Positions 1 through 6,800 of a DNA stretch of 10,284 nucleotides are shown here, piece after piece. Where the stretch lies: NCBI GenBank assembly GCA_964430885.1, contig CAYSHM010000011.1:85384-95667 (forward strand), read 5' to 3'. Position 1 is the stretch's first letter, and the number at the start of each line of letters is the position of its first letter. The stretch comes from an uncultured archaeon (lineage in GTDB: Archaea; Thermoplasmatota; Penumbrarchaeia; JASLWR01). The notes beneath the pieces were generated by a model. That model searched no databases and was not told the origin of the DNA. It saw only the letters and a list, made by a program, of their open reading frames with translations. A program made the position numbers and the translations under genes.

Positions 1-1962
1 TTCACTCTGTGGACCATACCTGATTCTGATACTATCAAGAATTATATGGAGGAAAATGAACCAAAATCCGCGGTTGTCATAGGGGGAGGTTTCATAGGTC
101 TTGAAATGGCGGAAAATCTCATTGCCCAAGGATTGAACGTTACCATTGTGGAAATGCTGGATCAGGTATGTCCCCCCTTGGATTCCGAGATGGCATCAAT
201 AATCCATTCTCACATAGCTGCCTCTGGTTGCAGGCTCCATCTTTCAGATGCGGTCCAGTCCTTCCACAAAGAGGATGGTCAAACAGTTGTTACTACAAAG
301 AGCGGTGCTGAATTGAAATGTGATATGGTCATCCTATCCATTGGAGTTAAACCCAATAACGACCTGTCCCAGAAGGCAGGACTGGAAATGGGTGACAGGG
401 GTGGGATCAAGACCGATGAACATATGTGTACCTCAGTGTTAGACATATACTCAGCTGGAGATGTTGTTGAGGTGACCGATTATGTATCCGGTCAACCGGC
501 AATGATTCCTCTAGCAGGTCCGGCCAATAAGCAGGGGCGCATTGTCGCGGATAATATATTCGGAAGGGACTCGGTCTTCAAGGGAACTCAAGCATCCTGC
601 GTGGTCAAGGTCTTTGATATGACGGTGGCATGCACCGGGAACAATGCCAAGATACTTGACCGGTATGGTATCCCGTATATTTATTCATATACTGAATCCG
701 GTTCTCATGCTTCATATTATCCTGGAGCCCAAATGATGAATCTCAAGCTACTGTTCAGTCCGGAGGATGGTAAAATTCTAGGAGCCCAAATTGTCGGTAT
801 GGAGGGTGCAGATAAGCGTATCGATGTACTGGCTACAGCTATAAGGGCAGGTATGACAGTGTACGACCTTGAAGAACTCGAGCTGGCCTATGCTCCACCT
901 TACTCCTCGGCTAAGGACCCTGTGAATATGGCTGGATTTGTTGCAAGCAACATCCTGCGCGGGGATGTTGAGAATATCCACTGGTACGAAATGGATTCTT
1001 TGGATATGGATGCCAATGTGCTGTTGGATGTACGTGACGACGAGGAACTAGAGATGAACCCATCTATCGATGGCTCGATCCAGATTCCCCTGAATCAGTT
1101 GCGGAAACGTCTGATTGAATTGGATAAGACCAAGACCTACATAATCTACTGTGCAATGGGTCAGCGAGGCTATATTGCCTACAGAATGCTAAGACAGAAC
1201 GGTTTCAATTGTAAGAATCTAAGCGGAGGCTATCATATTTATATGGCACCAAGGGCGGAACTGAAGGTGCCGGCCGCCCTTCCATCTATGATGGGTATGG
1301 TTCCCGAATCGGATGATGTTCATTTTGATCATATGGTGAACGCCTGCGGGGTGCCATGCCCAGGTCCCATAATGAAGCTCAGTAAGAAGATGGGCGAGAT
1401 GGAAGATGGAAAAGTACTGAAGATAACTGCTTCAGACAGAGGTTTTGCTTCGGATGTTCCGGGCTGGTGCGAGAAAAGCGGAAACCAGCTTTTATCCCTG
1501 AGTTCCGACAAGGGGATCTATACGGCAATAATCAGCAAGGGGAGGATAAGAGCCCCATGCGAAGGATTGGATACAGTTTATGATGAAGAGGAAGAAGGTG
1601 AATATATGGTGAACAAAACAGCAATAACAATAAACAGTTCGAAGGCGAAGGACCTGTTCCCCGCTTTCATACTGGCATCCAGCGCTGCCGCTTCAGGGGA
1701 AGAAGTTATACTCTATTTCACCCCCAACGCGGCCTCTGCACTGAAGAAGGGCGTGCTGGAGAGCATGGAGATGAAGGGTATGCCCAATATGGAGGATCTG
1801 GTGGAGGGCGTGGTATTCATGGATGGGCGTTTCCTGTTGTGCGAACTGGCTTTGAAGACGGGAGAGCTGACTGCGGAGGAATTGAGAGAAGAGGTGGAAG
1901 TGGTGGGGGTTACCACCTTTGTAATTGCTGCAGCGGGAGCGAAGATGACCTTTTCCTTCTGA
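1..1962 (+). CDS. CoA-disulfide/persulfide reductase (Cdr/Npsr family flavoprotein) fused to rhodanese, TusA and DsrE-like domains; 5'-partial
   Basis: Frame 1 is open from base 1 (FTLWTIPDSDTIK, resembling the FTLRxxxD segment that precedes the NAD(P)H-binding fold), so the ATG at 46 is internal and the N-terminal FAD-binding/catalytic-Cys region lies upstream of the window. Motifs: VVIGGGFIGLEMAE (NAD(P)H binding), TSxxDIYSAGD (FAD), PLAGPANKQG, ELAYAPPYSSAKDPVN (CoADR dimerisation domain). Then rhodanese (~970-1245; LLDVR, IIYCAMGQRG with Cys at 1150, NLSGG), TusA (~1327-1542; CGVPCPGP, DVPGWC) and a DsrE-like domain (1606-1959; LLCELAL with Cys at 1840). Confidence 0.92.
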   Translation, partial: FTLWTIPDSDTIKNYMEENEPKSAVVIGGGFIGLEMAENLIAQGLNVTIVEMLDQVCPPLDSEMASIIHSHIAASGCRLHLSDAVQSFHKEDGQTVVTTKSGAELKCDMVILSIGVKPNNDLSQKAGLEMGDRGGIKTDEHMCTSVLDIYSAGDVVEVTDYVSGQPAMIPLAGPANKQGRIVADNIFGRDSVFKGTQASCVVKVFDMTVACTGNNAKILDRYGIPYIYSYTESGSHASYYPGAQMMNLKLLFSPEDGKILGAQIVGMEGADKRIDVLATAIRAGMTVYDLEELELAYAPPYSSAKDPVNMAGFVASNILRGDVENIHWYEMDSLDMDANVLLDVRDDEELEMNPSIDGSIQIPLNQLRKRLIELDKTKTYIIYCAMGQRGYIAYRMLRQNGFNCKNLSGGYHIYMAPRAELKVPAALPSMMGMVPESDDVHFDHMVNACGVPCPGPIMKLSKKMGEMEDGKVLKITASDRGFASDVPGWCEKSGNQLLSLSSDKGIYTAIISKGRIRAPCEGLDTVYDEEEEGEYMVNKTAITINSSKAKDLFPAFILASSAAASGEEVILYFTPNAASALKKGVLESMEMKGMPNMEDLVEGVVFMDGRFLLCELALKTGELTAEELREEVEVVGVTTFVIAAAGAKMTFSF

Positions 1963-2044
1963 AGATACAAGCTCAATATAAAACCGATGTGGTTGACCAT
2001 ATTATCTGATTATGGTAAGACTGATAACAAGAAATGAATTGTGT

Positions 2045-2049
2045 GGTGA
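2045..2049 (+). promoter_or_regulatory. Ribosome-binding site GGTGA for tusA
   Basis: GGTGA lies 6 nt before ATG 2056, and the same motif recurs before the next two genes. Confidence 0.7.
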
Positions 2050-2055
2050 AAAAAA

Positions 2056-2286
2056 ATGACAAAAATAGATAAGAAACTGGACTGTAAGGGGCTGTCATGT
2101 CCCATGCCGATCTTAAAGCTGGCCAAGACCATGAAGGCCATGAATGGCGGAGAAGTGTTGGAAATGCAGGGTACTGATCCCGGTTCAAAATCGGATGTGC
2201 CCGCATGGTGCAAGAAGATGGGCCACAAGTTCCTAGGATTGAAAGAGGAGTCAGGCGTCAATAAATTCTATATTCAGCATAAATGA
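2056..2286 (+). CDS. tusA: TusA/SirA/YedF-family sulfur carrier protein
   Basis: 76 aa with LDCKGLSCPMP (CPxP motif, Cys at 2098), GEVLE, TDPGSKSDVPAWC and a C-terminal FYIQHK strand. GGTGA at 2045-2049 lies upstream of the ATG. Confidence 0.93.
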   Translation: MTKIDKKLDCKGLSCPMPILKLAKTMKAMNGGEVLEMQGTDPGSKSDVPAWCKKMGHKFLGLKEESGVNKFYIQHK

Positions 2287-2399
2287 TATGTATTTATGTA
2301 TGATCCATTGGAAGGCAGTTGTGCCTGGGATATCTGAAGAAATTAAAGGAGATGGAATCCTTTTTCGCAGCAGTATTCCTTTGTTTCAATGTTGATCCA

Positions 2400-2431
2400 G
2401 TTATAAATAATGTGTATAAAAATTTAAAAAT
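2400..2431 (+). promoter_or_regulatory. Possible AT-rich TATA-type promoter region upstream of the transporter and multi-rhodanese genes
   Basis: TTATAAATAA (2401-2410), TATAAAAA and TTTAAAAA in the 158-nt gap after tusA. No start site can be verified. Confidence 0.3.
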
Positions 2432-2433
2432 AG

Positions 2434-2440
2434 CAGGTGA
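2434..2440 (+). promoter_or_regulatory. Ribosome-binding site CAGGTGA for the YeeE/YedE gene
   Basis: Lies 4 nt before ATG 2445. Confidence 0.7.
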
Positions 2441-2444
2441 AAAT

Positions 2445-3794
2445 ATGCCGAATTTAAGTAAAAACAGTTTGGACGAGTCCGATATCGAAGAGGGAGTAGA
2501 TAATCTCGATGATGATGAAGTCCCAGACTTTGATAATGTTGTTCCCGATTTCGGAGATGACGAGGTTCCGGATTTTGGTGAGGTTAAACTGACCGATTCA
2601 GGAACTGATGAAGGAAAAGAGCAGGGTATTCTATCAGAGCTCTACTGCAGGTTATTCGGAAGCTCGTGGGAAATGTGGTTGGGAAGCATTCTTCTGGCCA
2701 CACTGAGCATTTGTCTTTTCGTGATCTCATCTCCATGGGGTTCCAGCGGGGGTCTTGTGAACTGGGGTGACAATCTGTTTGGAGTTTTGGGTGCCTCATT
2801 CGGAAAGGAAGCTGTCGATATAGTTGATAACAAGTATGCAATGCTGTCTCTGTTAATGCTGATAGGGGCTTTTGGAGCCGCTCTTATGAGCAAGGAGTTT
2901 TCGGTTAGGGTTTCCCCTATACCGGAACTTGGAAAAGGTATTTTCGGCGGTCTACTTATGGGTTTGGGCTGCGTTCTGGGAATGGGATGTACTGTTGGAA
3001 ATTTCTTTAGCGGATTTGCGGCCTTGTCAGGCGGTGCAATTGTATTTGTTATCGGCCTCTTGATAGGAGTTTTCCTAGCGGTAAAATATCTACTTTGGGA
3101 AATGGAGAAGCATCCGAACTGGAGTTCCGGCAAGTCCTGGACATTTCTGAAACCTAAAACTGAAGGCAGGTCACTTCAGCCCTTAATAGGAGTTGTGGTC
3201 CTTCTCCTTGGAGGAGCTTTGGCTTTGACCTATGATGCTGCAGCTGAAAAGGTCCTCATTGGTTTTGTCTTGATAGGTCTGCTTATAGGTATAATACTTC
3301 AGCGCTCCCGATGGTGCATAGTAAGAGCTCTCAGGGAGACCTTTATGACTGGTGACGCCACGCCTACCATGGCAATAATAGCTGGAATAGTAGTAGGTAC
3401 AATAGGATTCACTACAATAAAGGCAATGGGTATCAGAAGCGAGATGACAATGGTTGCTGCGAACTTCTGGGTGCCGGCAATAGTAGGTGGAATCATATTC
3501 GGTTTCGGTATGACCATTGCCGGGGGCTGCACAGTAGGTTCTACCTGGAGGGCGGCAGAAGGACATGTTAAGCTCTGGTTCTCCCTTTTGGGAATAGTGA
3601 TAGCAGGCCCGCTTACAGCGGAATACATCAAACCCGAATTCCTGGATATGCTGCCTGCTTCAATGAACAAACAGGTGTTCCTTCCGGAACACTTCACTTA
3701 CACAGGTTCGTTCATCATTATGATGCTGATACTTCTGTTATGGTACATATTTGTGAACTGGAACGAACGGACGGGGAAATTATCAGCTTTGTAG
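2445..3794 (+). CDS. YeeE/YedE-family sulfur/selenium-compound transporter (YedE/FdhT-type half order) with acidic N-terminal extension
   Basis: Many Gly-rich hydrophobic helices. Family motifs: GGLLMGLGCVLGMGCTVG (Cys 2988), GIILQRSRWC (Cys 3315), GGIIFGFGMTIAGGCTVGSTWRAAEG (Cys 3528). Start moved from the TTG at 2319 to the ATG at 2445 because CAGGTGA (2434-2440) precedes it and the stretch just upstream is AT-rich and intergenic-like. Confidence 0.9.
   Translation: MPNLSKNSLDESDIEEGVDNLDDDEVPDFDNVVPDFGDDEVPDFGEVKLTDSGTDEGKEQGILSELYCRLFGSSWEMWLGSILLATLSICLFVISSPWGSSGGLVNWGDNLFGVLGASFGKEAVDIVDNKYAMLSLLMLIGAFGAALMSKEFSVRVSPIPELGKGIFGGLLMGLGCVLGMGCTVGNFFSGFAALSGGAIVFVIGLLIGVFLAVKYLLWEMEKHPNWSSGKSWTFLKPKTEGRSLQPLIGVVVLLLGGALALTYDAAAEKVLIGFVLIGLLIGIILQRSRWCIVRALRETFMTGDATPTMAIIAGIVVGTIGFTTIKAMGIRSEMTMVAANFWVPAIVGGIIFGFGMTIAGGCTVGSTWRAAEGHVKLWFSLLGIVIAGPLTAEYIKPEFLDMLPASMNKQVFLPEHFTYTGSFIIMMLILLLWYIFVNWNERTGKLSAL
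2508..2585 (+). repeat. Three in-frame acidic VPDF peptide repeats (DDDEVPDF-DNVVPDFG-DDEVPDFG)
   Basis: VPDF is encoded at 2520-2531 (GTCCCAGACTTT), 2541-2552 (GTTCCCGATTTC) and 2565-2576 (GTTCCGGATTTT). Confidence 0.85.
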
Positions 3795-3802
3795 AGGGGT
3801 GA
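3795..3802 (+). promoter_or_regulatory. Ribosome-binding site AGGGGTGA for the multi-rhodanese gene
   Basis: Directly follows the transporter's TAG (3792-3794) and lies 6 nt before ATG 3809. The 14-nt gap between genes suggests co-transcription. Confidence 0.7.
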
Positions 3803-3808
3803 AATGAT

Positions 3809-6800
3809 ATGACAAAAGAAGATAAGATAATCACAGTTGTTTGTGTAATAGCTTTGATCGCATCCGTAATTCTTTTCTCCTTCATAGATACAGAAGGGGA
3901 CGGGAACAAGAAGGCGGATATCACAGAAGCCGAGGGAATGCTAGGTGCAACACGTTCATTCCTTTCATCAGGAAAAAATACCATGGTAACTGCAGAGGCT
4001 CTATATGCCAATCTCAACGACGGTTATTCCGGAAACGATCCCTTTATACTCAGCGTTAGAGGTGAAGAAGAATATGCAAAGGGTCATATTCCGGGCGCAG
4101 TGAACATACCTTGGAGAAGTGTTTTTACCGAGGACAACATCAGTAAATTACCCAAGAACAAGGAGATAGTTGTCTACTGCTACACAGGTCATACGGCCAG
4201 CCAGATCACTGCACTATTGAATATGGATGGATATGATGCGGTCTGTTTGAAATGGGGAATGTGCTCATGGACCACAAATGCCTCAGTTACAAAGGATATG
4301 TACTATACGCCGCCTTCTGTAGGCTACAAGACCATCTCCGGCAGTCAGCCGGGAGTTTGGTCTGGAACTAGATGCGGCGGTGATGAACCTGCTCCTGCAG
4401 CGGTTGGTGAAGATATTTCGGGGACGGAAGATGTTGACCTTAGAGGTGACATACATAATTATCTTGCATCCGGCAAATCACCAGCAATATCTGCTGGTGT
4501 CCTATACGATAATCTGAACGACGGTGACAGTTCCAATGATCCCTTTATTCTAAGTATTCGTTCCGCTGCTCAATATGAAATAGGTCATATACCTGGAGCA
4601 GTGAATATTGGATTCAAATCCCTTTTCACCGATGATAATATCTCAAAGCTTCCTGAGGATAAACAGATAGTCGTAGTATGCTACACTGGCCACACAGCCA
4701 GCCAGGCCACGGCACTTCTGAATGTGAATGGATATGATGCCATAGCCCTTAAGTTTGGAATGACGGGCTGGTCCTCAAATTCCACAGTAGCGCCTTCGGC
4801 TTTTGTGAAGGCTACGGCAGCTCACAACTATGAGATATCCCTTGGAAATGAAACTGGAGATATGGAAACAGCGGTTATAGCAGATACATCTGAGGTCATA
4901 CTAACAGCCACCCAGGATTTCCTGAAAGCGGGGAAATCCACGATGATAACCGCGGAAGCGCTCTACAACAACCTGAACGATAACTACGCTGGAAACGATC
5001 CCTTTGTCCTCAGCATCAGGAGTCCCGAGCAGTACGCAATCGGGCACATCCCTGGGGCAGTGAACATACCTTACAGGAGTGTTTTCACTGATGAGAACAT
5101 ATCCATGCTTTCAGAACAAACTGGGAACAAGGATGTTGTTGTGGTATGCTACACAGGTCACACGGCCAGCCAGGTTACAGCAATGCTGAATGTGCTGGGA
5201 TTCAACGCACAATGCCTCAAGTGGGGAATGTGTTCTTGGACAACCAACACCACAGTAGCTCCTAGCCATTATACCGCACCTACTAACGATTATCCTGTTG
5301 CAGCTGGCCCCTCACCGGGCTCCTGGCCGGCTTCAGGGACTAGACAGTGCGGCGGGGACGATACGGAGGGCGGAGGAGTTGAGGAAGATGCGCTGGCAGG
5401 TTCTGTATTCGATATAGTCAGGCCAGCCTGTAATAACTATCTTGCAGAAGGTAAAGCGCCTGCTACTTCCGCATCATCACTCAATGAGGTCCTGAATGAC
5501 GGTAATGACACCAACGATCCATATCTCTTGAGCATTCGTTCCTCATCTCAGTATGATATAGGACATATTCCAGGCGCAGTGAACATAGGTTTTACCTCAC
5601 TTTTCGATGAGGACAAACTTTCCATGCTGCCTACAGACAGGCAGATAATTGTGATCTGTTATACAGGACATACAGCCAGTCAAGCTACGGCTCTCCTAAA
5701 CATAAATGGGTATGATGCCATCGCCCTGAAATGGGGTATGACTGGCTGGACGTCTGATGCAGTTGTAGCTCCATCTGCATATAATAGGGATACTGCGGCA
5801 ATGAACTATCCGGTGGTCATGGGTGATCTGCCTGGGGGGATGGACGAGGGAATTATAGCTGACCCAGATGCCCAGGTAATCGATGCTACCAATGCATTTC
5901 TTTCCGCCGGCAAAGGGACCATGATAACTGCTGAAGCCCTATATTCGAACTTGAATGACGGATATTCTGGCAACGATCCATTTATCCTTTCAGTGAGAAG
6001 TGAAGAGCAGTATGCCAAGGGGCACATTCCCGGAGCAGCCAATATACCCTGGACGAAGGTATTTACCGAGGAAAACATTTCCAAACTACCCATGAACAAG
6101 GATATTATAGTATATTGTTATACTGGCCACACTGCCAGCCAGGTTACAGCCATGCTTAATGTGATGGGATATGATGCATTATGCCTGAAATGGGGTATGT
6201 GCTCATGGACATCGGACACCGCTATAGCACCTTCATGCTACCAGCCGCCTGCAATGGACTATCCAGTTGCTTCGGGTGATGATCCGGGAGCTTGGACCCG
6301 TACCCGGCAGTGCGGAGGAGAAACCGGAGATGGTAGCGGCGGAACCGAAATGGTTGGCGGAACCTCTACTGAAGTCATTAGGAAAACATGCAATAATTAT
6401 CTCATGGAAGGTAAACCCCCTGCAGTATCAGCTTCATCCCTCTATGAAAGATTGGAGGATAACGACACTGGAAATGATCCTTTTGTACTCAGTATCAGAA
6501 GCTCCGCTCAGTATTCATTAGGACACATTCCCGGAGCAGTTAATATTGGCATGAGCGGTTTGTTCGAGAAGGAGAACCTTTCAAAATTGCCCGCTGATGA
6601 TCAGCAGATAGTTGTGGTATGCTACACAGGCCACACTGCCAGCCAGGCTACGGCACTACTCAACATCAATGGTTACAACGCTACCGCTCTGAAATGGGGT
6701 ATGACTGGCTGGACCTCCAATGCTACTGTGGCCCCCTCAGCTTATGACCGTGCATCAGCCTGCTTTAATTATCCGGTCGTGATAGGTGAAAATGCCGGGA

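Noticed and set aside
46-48. ATG at 46 as the start of the reductase
   Set aside because: The frame is open to base 1 with family-like sequence, and the N-terminal FAD/catalytic domain is missing, so the gene starts upstream of the window.
1960-2056. The reductase and tusA are in the same frame, separated only by TGA codons (1960, 2035, 2047), which could suggest selenocysteine readthrough or TGA reassignment
   Set aside because: The TGA at 1960 falls at the natural DsrE C-terminus, tusA has its own RBS and ATG, and none of the TGAs aligns with a catalytic Cys. The Gly/Trp-rich long genes contain no internal TGA, so the standard code fits.
2319-2444. 42-codon N-terminal extension of the transporter from TTG 2319
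   Set aside because: It is AT-rich toward its 3' end with TATA-like runs, and a clear RBS and ATG are present at 2434-2447.
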